Origin: Asterias rubens
Taxonomy: Eukaryota
Direction of reading: 5' to 3'
Assembly (NCBI RefSeq): GCF_902459465.1
Contig: NC_047081.1
Coordinates: 7,564,001-7,628,000, forward strand
DNA: 64,000 nucleotides
Shown in pieces: positions 26,337 through 39,810 of this stretch (positions are counted from its first letter, which is position 1; each line of letters starts with the position of its first letter). Both the position numbers and the translations under genes were made by a program. The notes below the pieces were generated by a model, which worked only from the letters and a program-made list of their open reading frames with translations, was not told where the DNA came from and made no database searches.

Positions 26337-26739
26337 TTAAAGGCACTGGACACTATTGGTAATTTATTTGAAATAAGTATTAGCATGAAACCTTACTTGA
26401 CAACGAGTATTAATGGTCGATTGAGAGCTGTTGACAGATAAACATTTTGAGAAACGGCTCCCTCTGAAGTCACGTAGTTTTAGAGAAAGAAGTAATTTTC
26501 CACAAATTTTATTTCGAGGCCTTATAATTACATTTTGAGGTCTCGAAATCAACCATCTAAAACCACACAACTTCGTATGACAATGGTGTTTTTTTCTTTC
26601 GTTACTATCTCGCAACTTCGACGACCAAATTGAGCTCAAATTTTCACAGGTTTGTTATTTTATGCATAATATGTTGAGATACACAAAGTGAGAAGACCGG
26701 TCTTTGACAATCACCAATGGTGTCCATCACTGTCTCTAA
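26337..26739. mobile_element. MITE family A
   Basis: Starts TTAAAGGCACTGGACACTATTGGTAA; conserved body. Confidence 0.8.
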
Positions 26740-27899
26740 TTCTTGTTCTCTAAACAGAGCCCAATTTCATAGAGCTGCTAAGCACAAAAATTTGGCTTAG
26801 CATGAAATATTTTCCTTGATAAAAACAGGATTACCAACCAAACTTCAACGGGATTTCCAGGATAAGCAAAAAAACAGATTAAATCTTCATATGCAACAAA
26901 CGAAAATTTGGTTCGTAACCCTGTTTTTATCAATGAAGAAATTTCATGCTAAGCACATTTGTGTGCTAAGCAGCTCTATGAAATTGGCCAGATCTTCTTG
27001 CCCAGTGATGGTAAAACTATAACAACAAGCTGACAAACAAACAACAGGAAATTACGCGGCAAAAGACCGAAGAATATAATACAGTGGGCGGTGAGTAGAT
27101 CCGAAACCCGAGCCCTTTTGCCGCGACCGACGAAGACCGCTACTCGACGGCGGGAGAAGAGAGAACCAAACATTACAAACGAATGAACGTCTGTATTGGG
27201 ATTTGGCTCTGCCTTGTAGCAAACATACAAATACATCTTTCTATTGCAAAATTACAGATCGAGTTTTTGCCTACCGAAGTTCCAAAATATTAATTAACAA
27301 TCTGTATAGCCCAATCTTTAATATATACAAATGGAAAATGCATATTGTCTAAAACCGACAAAAGCACTAGAACGGGACAGTAAACATCTTCAAGAAAGAA
27401 ATATAAAAACAGGATTTAAGACAACAACAATATTCTAGACAGTGCATTACAACTTACAAATTTCCAATAATAAACACCTCAGAACATAACCCTGTACCCC
27501 CCCCCCCCCCCAAACATCGTGATTGGAGACACGACATACTTTAGTTATTAACAGCTATTTAAAAACTATGGAAAGTGAAAGTCGAAAACAGATGGCTACT
27601 GTTTGTAAGACAGTATTGAACAGTATAGTGTTGAGTTTGTTGGGAAACAAAGCAACCAATCATGGGATGTATTTTCTTTTACAAAACATATTGTAGAAAT
27701 GTTGAAATTTGACACAACATAATTTTTGTTTTGTAATCAACAATTAAATATATTTATAAAAGGAGAACTAGCCCGGCTCCTTTTTGGTACAACGGATGCT
27801 ATGATAGCACTCGTCACTGTTGCTGGATACCAGGAACGTGACCAAGTTGGTGCCAGCGCGACACTGATAGTAGTGGACTATTACATCGATGAGCAAACA

Positions 27900-28090
27900 T
27901 GAGCAAGGGCAGGAGAAGACTAACATTAATAGATCAGAAGAAGGACGCAACACAACAAGAAACAACTGAGCTTATGGGACGCTGATGCTGGACCGGGATG
28001 TGTGGAAGACGACCACCAGAGTATCCCCCAAGAAGGCTGAACAACCTCTCGCTCAACTATACAAACTGACAGGCTGTCTGACTGACTGGA
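27900..28090 (+). mobile_element. Degenerate 3' end of an RTE-like LINE
   Basis: With one frameshift: GRRRLTLIDQKKD...EL / TLMLDRDVWK, followed by a (GACT)n tail. Confidence 0.5.
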
Positions 28091-30403
28091 CTATCACTGG
28101 GTTCAATGTACGGCTTGAACTAGATTGATTAGAAATGGGGGCGAGTTTACATTAACCAAACTGCGGTATATGTAAAGCCAACGGGCAGATTTTGAGACAT
28201 GTTGACACGCTAGAGTAATGCCTGAAAACATGCGAACAGACTCGTTTAGACTTGTAGACAAGCCGTAAAATGTTTGTCAATGAAGGGTTAATAAAACAGC
28301 TTTCTTGAAACTACGGTCTCTCGAGACTGCTGCATGCTCCGGGCGAGGCTACTGCTCTCGCGACTGCGAACGGAGCCAGCAATGTCGTTAGGACGGTCTA
28401 TTTGCGTGAGCAGTGCACCGAGACAAACAGTTTACGACTTGTTTACAAGTCTACACTTTAGTGGGGGGGGGGGGGTGTTACCGCCCAGGGAGACAGGGTG
28501 GGGGTCTCTGCTGATCAAGTTAGGCGTTAATATGATGCTGCGATGAAATTATCTCACACACCAAACCTCTAAGGGGACGTTATAATTTTCCCGCCAGTCT
28601 TTTTATATTAATTCTCTCTCTAAATGTTTTGCACTTCATTGCTTTCCCTGTTGGGTATTTAGTTGTTGCCTCTTTATTCAGTTCCCATCGTGTTCCTTTA
28701 GGGACACCTTAGACCATTCAACATTCTTCAACTATAATCGGGCCACATATTATTTGAATCAATCAATCAAAAAGGTGATTGGCAACCGGGCGGCTAGAGA
28801 CGAAGTCCAGAAAGGGAAATGAGCAAATATTGGTACATTGCTAACAGAAATCTATGTTCAGCAAAATACTTCCACAGAGCAAATTGACATAAAGTTTGCG
28901 CATTACACGCACATCTGATTTTGTTTGATTTGTGCAAAGCCAAACACCAAGCATTCCTATGGCCCGGCGCAACTTCATATTAACGAAGGATTCGCAATTA
29001 TAACAAGTCCTCTTAGAACACCTTACAACTGGGCCAGGTTGTCGGATGATCGACCGCTCTATTTTTTTTTAACAAGCTCTTACAAATCTTGGCGGTCATT
29101 TTCTGCCGTCTAGTTACCATGGAAACTCTTCACTTCACTTGTCTGCAAAACGATGACATCTCGGATTATTTTGTTTTTGTTTTTGGGGGATTTTTTTTTT
29201 CACGGCGACGTGATGGAAAATCAACAAGATGAGTGTTCGAATTGTATGTCTGTTGTTGTGAACTACTGACAACCCGTCGAGCTCCTTCGTCTGCATAAAC
29301 CCAGCAAAATGTCACAAAAGTGCATCAAGCGTGTTGCTCATATGAGATTTGGGCCACTTTGACGTAAAACACCTATAGAGTCGAATTACACGAGCAAAAA
29401 TAAAGACAATCATTGAGCAGTATTCCCTGTAGATGTCAAGTATTTTGTTATCCGAGAAAGAGGAAAAAAAGAAAGAGCGTGTTCCAAGTGAAACAAAAAC
29501 ACTACCACTCAAACAGCTTGATGGACTTCATGTTTCACTCTTTATCTCAAGTACCGGTAAAAAAGACCTTTGTCTCACTGGCGCCATCTTGGTCACGTAC
29601 CTTGTACCCAAATACAAGCATGCAATAGTAACAATTACAGAACCAGACTGTTTTTCTTTCAAGCCTCGGTTTGGTTTAACAGATCGCTTGCATGATTCAT
29701 GGAGCCTTCATCCATTTTCATTGTGTGCACACTAAACTGTGATCATAGACCTTTTCGCAAATACCCATTGCGCAAGCGCTAACTGTTGAATGAGGTGCAT
29801 GCTGGTCTAGCTAGCAATCAAACTTGATCGCTAGCTAGACCAGCATGCACCTCATTCCACGCCTAACGTGTGCGTTCCGAGTATGTTTGCGAGAAGGTAT
29901 ATGCGTCTTAGGCTGAACAGTTAAATTCGTACACGCTCATAGTCCATCCCAGCGTTTCTAGTTGAGACAGGTGGGGTCGAGAGAAACACATTGTTTGTCA
30001 CTTATTATTATTTGTGTTGTCTATCTTGAGCCACACCAACTACGGCTTCGGCTCCAGATTCAGCTTAGGCTATAGATTGATTTGACATTTTCAGCGTGCT
30101 TTGAGTATATACGTGATCAGGGCTCCAGACGGCCTGAAGCCGAATTCAAAGACGAAGCCGTGGTTTCGAAAAGGCCCATGGAAAGGAAAACACAAGGGAA
30201 TGCCTTCTGTTGGTGAAAACCCCCACCAAAAAAGACACATGTCACATGCACCAAGACCTCAACTAGGTAGACTGGTACCCTGTCTTTGACCATAACGATG
30301 AAGACATGTATGATTTCTTTATAATGTGTTATGATTATTTGTCCGAGGTGACGTTTTGGCAGCTGCACTTTCGGTCGTCTGCATATGAATGTAGGTTAAG
30401 GTG

Positions 30404-30838
30404 ATTAAAGGATTCGGATACTTTTTCAAAATGTCCACAGAATTACATTAAACTTACAGGATTTGAAGATAATGATAGTGGAAAGCTTCCCTTCAAATAT
30501 TACTAACTAAGGTTGAATGTGTAGTTTTTGAGAAATGAGTGAAATAAGTCACAAAATAGTTTTGGTCTCATGAAACCAAAACTATTTTAGCATGTAAAAT
30601 CCCCTTAACCAGTTATGATATTATACCAAAACCATAGCATAACTGGTTAATACGTTTTTACATGCTAAAACTGAGACGAAAATTATTACTTTTACTCGTT
30701 TCTCAAAAACTACAGCACCTCAGTAAGTAAAATTTCAAGGGAAGCTTTCTACTATCATAATCTTCAAACTGTGTAAGTTTAATATAAATCTGTTGACACT
30801 GTGTTTTTTGTTAGGAAAAAGTACAATCCTGTGATTAA
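30404..30838. mobile_element. MITE family C (TTAA-flanked, long internal inverted repeats)
   Basis: Begins TTAAAGGATTCGGATACTTTTTC; arms are inverted copies of each other; a second copy lies at about 39905-40247. Confidence 0.65.
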
Positions 30839-31320
30839 GGATGGTGATTGGCCTACCTTTGAGGTCACTCTCCGGCGTAATTCACGAGCCTCGAAGCGTG
30901 ACGTCAGATAACAGGCTACAGTCTTATTTCCACCATGCAAAGTTTCAAATCCTACTTATAGGCTACAGTTGTACACTCCCACCAGCTTGAACATCTGACG
31001 TCACACTCCCAGGCTCGTGAATAACGCCAGAGAGTGACGTGGACCACAATGTCTTCTTCCAAATGTCACCTCGGACCAATCAAAACACAGATATAGAAAT
31101 ACTAAATCACTGCGCGTCTATCCAATGAAATCATTGTATCAAATGAAATCGCTGGTTCTGAAAGGCAAAAGACAGGGTACCAGTTTAATGGGGACCACAA
31201 TACCGGTTCCCACGTGCAGGTCCAGTCCCAACATTGTTGGTTGGTAATTCTACGTCTTTCCCCATACTGTGGGAATTCAAAAAATCAAACAAACAACAAA
31301 CCCCCAACAAACAAACAAAC

Positions 31321-31704
31321 TTAAAGGCAGTGACACAATTGGTAATTACTCAAAATAAGTATTATCATAAAACCTCTCTTGATTATGAGTAATGGGGAGA
31401 GGTTGATAGTATAACATCTTGTGAGAAACAGCTCCCTCTGAAGTGACGTAGTTTTCGAAAAGAAGGTAATTGTCCACGAATTTGATTTCGAGACCTGAGA
31501 TTTAGAATTTGAGGTCTCAACGCACACAACTTCGTGTGGCCATGGTGCAACAGTGGTATCTTGTTTTCTTTCATTAATATCTCGCTACTTCGACGACCGA
31601 TTAAGCTCAAATGTTCACAGGTTTGTTATTTTATGCACAATATGAGACACACCAACTGTGAAGACTAGTCTTTGACAATTACCAATAGTGTCCACTGTCT
31701 TTAA
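31321..31704. mobile_element. MITE family A
   Basis: TTAA + TIR at both ends. Confidence 0.8.
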
Positions 31705-32409
31705 ACAACCCAACTTAAACTTTAGAGCAGCAGACTAAAACAACAACATGGGAAGCGGTACCAGGAACAATAAGCTCATAACATTCCCTTGACTGACACT
31801 GTTTCACACTCTCAAATCGCCTTGGCAATGGGGTGATTTCGACTCTTCCTTGTTACATATAGTTGCCAATATTTATTTCAGATTTATACGCCGTGTCGTG
31901 AAACTAACGTAGTACAGTAGCATTTACTTAGGAATTAAGATTCAAAGCTTGTAAGGATATATCCAAACTACTTCTACTAGATGTAAAAACAAAATCGAAC
32001 TCCCTCGTCTATCCCGGAAAAACAATGCCGAGTGCAAAGCTTGACATAGCCTATCGTCAATATTCATCTTGAATCAAAGTCCTTCAATATTGTGTATAAT
32101 TATACCGGTCAATTAAGTATAACAAATTTGTCATTTTGATAACTGGCGCTCCCAATGCGCACACAAAAGACGTGGTCAAAATAAATCCGGTCCCATGGGT
32201 CAAAACCCGTTTCTGGGTTAGGCTGGCTAGAAAATTGGCTGAATATCTGGATTTTGAAGATTTCTTTTTAATGCATTTCACTTCGAGGTAATTTGGTCAA
32301 TTTGTATCAACCAACTGAACCGCTCACAATTAATTGTGTTTATTAGTTTTATTTTATATATTTATAGGATTAAGACAATCACACGGTTCCAAAAACCAAA
32401 GGTATAATT

Positions 32410-33135
32410 TAAACGCACTGGACACTATTGGTAAATCTCAAAATAATTGTTAGCAACATATCAAAACTTACTTTGGTAACAAGCAATGGAGAGCTGTTGA
32501 TAATATACAACATGTGAGAAACGACTCCCTCTGAAGTAACACAGTTTTTGAGAAAGAAGTAATTTCTCACTCAAACATTAAAAAGACTGCAGGCCTGAAA
32601 CCCTTTTTAATCATCTGTGTTTTTTCTTTTTACAACTTCGATGACCAATTGAGTCCACATTTTCACAGATTTGTTAGTTAATTATGCATAATGTTTGGGA
32701 TACACCAAGTAAGAATACTGGTGTTTGACAATTACCAAACGTTTCCAGTGCCTTCAAATAAAGGCTTACATTTTTGCGATTCTTAATTATTTTGTTCATT
32801 ATAGAAGCAGACACTTCACGTTGAAGGTAATTACTCAAAATAAAGTTTAGCATAAAATTTTTAATTGGTAACACATAATGGAGAGCTGTTGATAGATTCA
32901 TATTGTGAGAAACGGCTCCCTCCGAAGTAACGTTTGAGCAAGTTGTAATTTCGTAACACAAAACAAATTTGTGCTTCCAACAAGGTTTTTTCTTCTTCAT
33001 TATTCTCTTGCAGCTTCGATGACCAATTGAGCTCAATTTTAAAGTTGTTATTGTATGTATACAATATTATGTTTGGATACACCAAATAAGAATACTGGTC
33101 TTTGACATCAACCAAACGTGCCCAGTGCCTTTAAT
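32410..33135. mobile_element. Two adjacent degenerate family A MITE copies
   Basis: Family A body occurs twice (about 32410-32758 and 32825-33134). Confidence 0.65.
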
Positions 33136-34565
33136 AAAGGGTCAACTCTTTGCGATTCTAAATTATTTTGTTCATACGAAAAGCAGACACGCTCATTAAT
33201 TTTCAATACAAAGGATCTTTGTTTATTTTCAAATACGGAGGAAGGCGCTCGTTTATTTATTTTTGTCTGAGGTTGATGATGAGAAAATCAGACACTCGAC
33301 ATTCAGAGACAACTATATTTGTTGGTGATCAAAAATAATAAACACGACGTGATACAGTTGACTTCTTCAAGTTAATTGATACTTCGATGAAAGACACTAA
33401 AATCCTTCACGGTGATAATTGAAACTGAGTTGAAACTGTCCGTTTGCTTATACATGGGTTTGTTTAAAACAGAGTAAGGGATTTTGGCTCCGGAGATAAA
33501 AGGGTGATCTGTCACGCCAGATTTAAAGCACGTAAGCATACAACTTTCCGGAATTGCTTAAAAGAAACTGGTCATAAAGCAGCCTAAATTGCATGAAGTT
33601 AACATGTGCCACTGGTGCCTCCTTCTCGTTGTGCTTAAAAAAGACATTTGCTAAGCAATAGTTTCTGCTTAACAGATTCATGAAATTGGGCTCTGATCCC
33701 TAGCATGCTCTGACTGGGGCTCATTGAATATAGCGGGAAATTTCACGCGTGAACGTCACACCACGGCCATAATATCATCTTGCTGCTTTAAAGCATAAAA
33801 AGTAGCTTACAAGAATAAGATTACCAGCCAAAATACCATCTCACATTATACTATCTGTGGCTGGTATCCTACCTAAAGTTGCTAAGCTCAAACAGCTAGC
33901 ACAGAAATAGACCCTTCCCATGAAATATTATGTAAATTGCACATAGCGCGTGCGCACTAACGGTTTGGTTGGCAAAATGAGGGGAAATCGCGCTGTTTTG
34001 TACACGGCTAATGGGTGCGTGACGCACACGCGATTGCGCGTCTGCTTAGTGCACAACTCTATGGCGTTTGCCAACCAACAGGGTCTGTACGCATGCGTGA
34101 ATGTAATTAGTATATTTCATGGGAAGGGTCCATTGAGCACCACTGAAAGCAGATCAGAATGACCATGGAGAAATATTATAAGCTTGAAGAATTGGACAGT
34201 TGCTCATAACTTCTCAACTCACAATTTTACTTTGAAATTGTATCAGTGTTGTCAATAAATTGTTATGCAATTATTACTTGCGATGTAAGTGCAGAATTCA
34301 TTAAATATTGGGAGCTTGGAAGTTTGGACAATCAGAAACAAACAACTTCTCAACTTACCAATTATAAAATTGTATCAGTTTACAGCTCATAATGTTAATA
34401 TGCATTTATTACGTGTGGCTTTGTGACCTCCGATCTCTGCTTTTAATATAAGGTTTCATTCAATCAGGTCCATAAAAAGATGGATGCATATGAAAGTTGA
34501 GACCCCAAACAAATTGGTTGACATTAGACCTTGAATAAGCCATTATAAATTAAAAACCAATAACG

Positions 34566-34707
34566 NNNNNNNNNNNNNNNNNNNNNNNNNNNNNNNNNNN
34601 NNNNNNNNNNNNNNNNNNNNNNNNNNNNNNNNNNNNNNNNNNNNNNNNNNNNNNNNNNNNNNNNNNNNNNNNNNNNNNNNNNNNNNNNNNNNNNNNNNNN
34701 NNNNNNN
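34566..34707. other. Assembly gap (142 N)
   Basis: Run of N. Confidence 1.
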
Positions 34708-35087
34708 CTTTCCTAACATCTGCTATTTACATAATTGAATCTAAATACAAATCTGTTCTGACTCGACTAAGCCAATTTACATGTATGCACAAACAATACT
34801 TATTTCCCATTAAACGTCGCTATTTTAACTATAAAAAATGAATACGGGTTTTCTATTGAAAGCTGCGCTGCAACTACCCCCCCCCCCCCCGCCCCATCAG
34901 CGCACGTTGATGCAATTTCCTCAAAAGATATAGAATATCTTTTTTAATTTTCGCATCTGTCCCAAAATAGATTTATGTGAAGCCAAGAGGGAAAACGGAT
35001 ATGCAATTTGGAATTTCTCAGAAAGAAGAGATTTTTTTCATATAAATCTCTACAGCAGCGCGTATCATTGACAGTTACCCAATACAA

Positions 35088-35195
35088 CATTTCTCGGGGT
35101 TTATATTGACGAATGTCTTTCATGGAACATCCATATCAAAGAATTAGAAAACAAAATATCAAAAAGTATTGGTATCATGATAGATTGAAGTAATA
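35088..35195 (+). mobile_element. CR1/L2-type LINE ORF2 fragment
   Basis: Translates FLGVYIDECLSWNIHIKELENKISKSIGI, typical of the region after the RT domain. Confidence 0.65.
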
Positions 35196-36724
35196 CACTC
35201 CCGGATTAACGTGCCGGCGCTCCCTGTAACTGACTCAAAGATATCTTTGTTTTGTCACGTTCTAATCGTTTCTATTGTGATGCATCCCGACTCAAGGCTC
35301 TCGGTTCGCAAAGCTGAAAATGTCGACGAACCGAAGTCAACTTTCCTAACATCTGCTATTTACATAATTGAATCTAAACACAAATCTGTTCTGACTTGAC
35401 TCAGCCAATTTACATACATGCACAAACAATACTTAATACGGAACGGGTTAGGATGACGGGGTACACTAACTTCTCGGAAGACCTCAGTTATTTTAGGACT
35501 TTTGAGCCAGCTCTAAAAGAAACAAGGGATTATTGTGTTCATTCTTGGTTTGTTTTTGATGGGGACTGCTTAGATAGGTAAGCATGACTTTGTTTAAAAT
35601 CCCTCGTATGGAAGCCGAGAGGCGCAGGCGGAAGGACTAGCTTCACTAGAGAGGTTTAGCTGCACGTTACGCGAGCAAAAACGTGAACGTGAACGTCAGA
35701 CAAGTTTGTTGTAAAAAATAAGCGTTTTAAGCATACGAGTGAATTTACCACTTTCTCACGTCAGGTACGTATATGTACGTGCAGACGTCATACGTGAGCA
35801 TGCTTTAAGTGGTGACGTCACCTAGAAACGACACAATTTTCTGACGTTCACACGTTCACGTTTTAGCTTTTCTAATAAAGATGTATACTATGCGGACTTG
35901 AACTCACATTGATCAGAAACACCAGAGCTTGAGTCCGTTGCTCTTAACCGCTCTGTCACGACACACCACAAAGATGAGTAAAGCTCAAGATTTTAGAGTA
36001 TTATGGAGGTTTAGCTGCTCGCAGAAAATTGTGTCGTTTCTAGGTGACGTCACAACTTTGGGCTTATGCTCACGTATGACGTATAATGCACGTATACGAA
36101 CCTGACGTGAAAAATTGTATTAACTTCACGTATGGCTTAAAGTAAACCATTAAATTACTCACCCAAACATTTCAGTTGAATTCGAGTCTCAAATTCAAGC
36201 CTTCGAAAGCGCACAAAATAAATGTGACAAGGGTGTTCTTTCTTCCATTATTCTCTCGCAACTTCGACGACCCATTGAGTTCAAATGTTCACAGGTTTTG
36301 TTATGTTATGCAATATGTTGAGATACATCAAGTGAGAAGAGTGGTCTTTGACAATTACCAGGGGTGTCCAGTGTCTTTAAAACATGAAACTCATACAAAA
36401 AGGCGGCTCAAAATGTCTTGCAACTCAATAATATTGTTGCGACATTCAATACTGTATCAAGTGACTATCTCTTCAATACTAATCCTGTTGAAGCCGTGAA
36501 AGGTTGAACATACAAAAAAACCTCTACTTTCTCTAGCCTTATTATAGCACAAATCTCTTGGGTAATTGTGAATGTTAGTTTCGCCCTATTTTGTCGTCTC
36601 GTGTTCCCTAAGCTTCATATTATTTTTGCCCGTAGAGTATTTGCATTTGATTGCGACTTGTCTTGCAAAACATCCGCACGCTGATACGGAAAGTCAAAAC
36701 GTGAGCTAAAGACCCTTGGGCCCT

Positions 36725-37334
36725 TTAAAGGCACTGGACTATCGTTAAATAATTGTTGCATAAAAAAAACTTACTTGGTAGCAAGCAATGGTGAGTCAGC
36801 TATTGATAGTAGGCCTGTAGAACATTATCATCAACGCGGCCCCCTCTGAAGATAACGTAGCTTTCGAGAAAAAAGATTTATTGTCCACGAATTTGATTTC
36901 GAGACCTCAGAGTTAGATTGTAAAGGTCCAAACATCAAGCATCTGAACGCACACAACTTCGTGCAACAAGGGTGTTTTTTTCATGATTCTCTTGATGGCC
37001 AATTATTGTATGGATATGTTGAGATACACCAAGCAAGAAGACTGGGCCCAATTTCATGGCTCTGCTTACAGCCGAGTTCTACGCTTACGATCCCGATTCC
37101 CCGCTTGCGTGCAAGCGCCGACTTTCTGCGCTAGCCTTGTAAGCGTAGAATGCCTAGTTAAGTAGAGGAAGCATGCGCAGAAGCCAAAAATACCCGTGAA
37201 ATACGCTTGCCGTAAGCACATATAGTTTCCTGCTTCCGTAAGCGCTGATTCTGTGTTTACGGTAAGCAGAGCCATGACATTGAGCCCTGGTCTTTGACCG
37301 TTACCAAAGGTGTAGTCTACTACAGTGCCTTTAA
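36725..37334. mobile_element. Family A MITE interrupted by a Harbinger-like MITE (37045-37286, CTG TSD)
   Basis: Host sequence GAAGACTG resumes as CTGGTCTTTGAC after the insert. The insert has TIR GGCCCAATTTCATGGCTCTGCTTAC and CTG on both sides. Confidence 0.8.
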
Positions 37335-38914
37335 ATCTAGACTCTGCCTTGATGGCCATTAGGGCTTCATCTATCGGGTTACCTTCATAGGCTCCAAGTT
37401 GAGGCACCGTTTTGGTTCCGGCCAACTAATAGCTCGGGCTACATTAGTGCAGTGAGTCAAGCCCCAGCCTCTTCTACAACTGGGCCAAATATCATGGCTA
37501 TGCTAACCGTAAGCATAGAATCGGCGCTTACGGAAGCAGTGAATTATTTGTTACGCAAGCGTATTTCACGGGTTAGCGGCGATTTTTGGCGCTTGCACGT
37601 AAAGCGGGGAATCGTGATCGTAAGAGCCGAATTCGGCAGTAAGCAGGGCCTTGAAATTGGGCCCAGATCATAACACCCCTTACAAAAATTCTGCTTTTTC
37701 ACTGGTTTAGAGCGCGTTATATGGTTATGTCTTTGCTAGAAACCCAGTGCCCGTCCGTGCAATCGGTTGTGCATATTATCTGTGTATCTGAAACGCGCGT
37801 ACGAACGTTAACGTGTACGACGTTGCCCCCTGCACCGTTCCATTTTCCCTCGGCGGCTGCGCCTCTGGAAAATAGAACGCTCCGGGGATCACCTCGGGAG
37901 TCGTAGTTTTAACCTTCGCTCTCGAAGCAGTCAATACTTGTATAATATTGATCTGTCTGTATCCATCACCTAAAAAGCCAGTCCTGTGCCCCCCCCCCCC
38001 CCCCCGTGCAGGATCGATACCAATCTTTTTTGACAAGGTGATCAACATAGAAATGGGGGTTATTGCACTATTCCTTAGCCGCGAATCAAAAAGGTGATAA
38101 CTCTCTATTCCTAAGTTCACACATTACAGAGATCAGATTTTCAAGTGAGGAGAGGCGACAGTTTGACCTGACAAAACACCAAGTCAGGAAATTTAAGCGC
38201 AACTCTGGAATTTGAGATTGCACTTTAGCTCCGACCGTTCCCTTGAAGAGGTTTTTTTTATTTCCCCGTTGGTTTCGACTGCTTGAGTTCTGACAGGGAT
38301 CTGAAGTACTTTAAATGCATACGTACTAAATGATGCAGAGAACAAACAACGTCAAATGTGAGCATTTCTTCCGGAAGCGGTTTCTGGCTCAAGAATAGTT
38401 CCTTGGGACTTCTTAAAATGCTTTTAGGGATTATGGTTGTACGGATATTTGGGAAATCTAGGTTTTAGAAAGTACGTGTAAGTGCTTGCTTTGGGAATAA
38501 ACTCGACAGAAAAATTTCTGAAAATGTATGTTTTGACAGATGGCCAGACGTGTTTATCAAAGTGCGCCAAAATGTTTTGATGTATAGTCGTCTAATCGGG
38601 ATCATTTTTATTTTTTACAGATGTTATTATTCGATTTCAATTGATGTGGAGTCAATTTGATAGGTGGAGTTACCACAAGTCCAGCTCCTATTTAAAATAA
38701 GTACACGTTTTTAAGGTAAATAACAAACTAATAGTAGGTTCAAAATTATCATAACCGTGAACAATTTCTTAAGATACTAAAAGTTAACGTAAAATGCAAT
38801 TAGAACGACAGAGATGCTCTTTCGTGACTTTTTGATTACTTTCTGCCGCTATTTGCCACGAACATTTTTTTTTACTAGAATGGGACTCAAATATTAAACG
38901 TTAAACTGACCCTT

Positions 38915-39810
38915 TTAAAGGCAGTGGACACTATTGGTAATTACTCAAAATAATTATTATCATTAAACCTTTCTTAATTACGAGTAATGGGGGGAGTAAT
39001 GGAGAGCTGTTGATAGTATACAAATATTGACTGCTTCGAGTGCTATGGTTAAAACTATGACTCCCGAGGTGATCCCCGGAGCGTTCTATTTTCCCGAGGC
39101 GAAGCCGAGGGAAAATAGAACGCTACGGGGATCACCGAGGGGGTCATAGTTTTTAACCATTGCACGAGTAAAAGCAGTCAATATTTGTTTTATAACACCC
39201 CAAACATTTCTAAGTACTGTACTATTATTATTAAGTTACAGACCTGAATGCTACAATCCACGGACGACGCGAATACAGATTGCAAACACTTTTACTGTGC
39301 TGCATGTAGTGTCGTGCAATCCGAATGGTTACAGACTATTTTTATTATCCTCGTGCACGCAACGGACGTCTGGGTTCGCCACGCCATGTGCTAGTCTTCC
39401 GACTAGCGCACGGCAAACCGACGCACTATCACACGGCCGTCGTCTAGCAAAACTAAGACATGTCATGTGACGCGCTCTAAACCAATGAGCAGGCAGAATA
39501 CTTGCAAGGGGTGTTATAATATAAAATATTGTGATAAACAGCTCCCTCTGAAGTAACTTAGTTTTCGAGAAAGAAGTAATTTTCCAGGAATTTGATTTCG
39601 AGACCTCATATTTTGAATTTGAGGTCTCTGGAAATCAAGCATCTGAATACACACAACTTCGTGTAACCATGGTGCGACAATGGTGTTTTTTCTTTCATTA
39701 TCTCGCAACTTCGACGACCGATTGAGCTAAAATTTTCACAGGTTTGTTATTTTAGATACACCAACTGTGAAGACTAGTCTTTGACAATTACCAATAGTGT
39801 CCATTGTCTT
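38915..39810. mobile_element. Family A MITE interrupted by a palindromic element (39021-39519, TATA TSD)
   Basis: Host GATAGTATA resumes as TATAAAATATTGTGA after 499 bp. Confidence 0.75.

Noticed and set aside
37066-37425. 119-aa ORF with a plausible composition
   Set aside because: Runs across a Harbinger-like MITE and a family A terminus.
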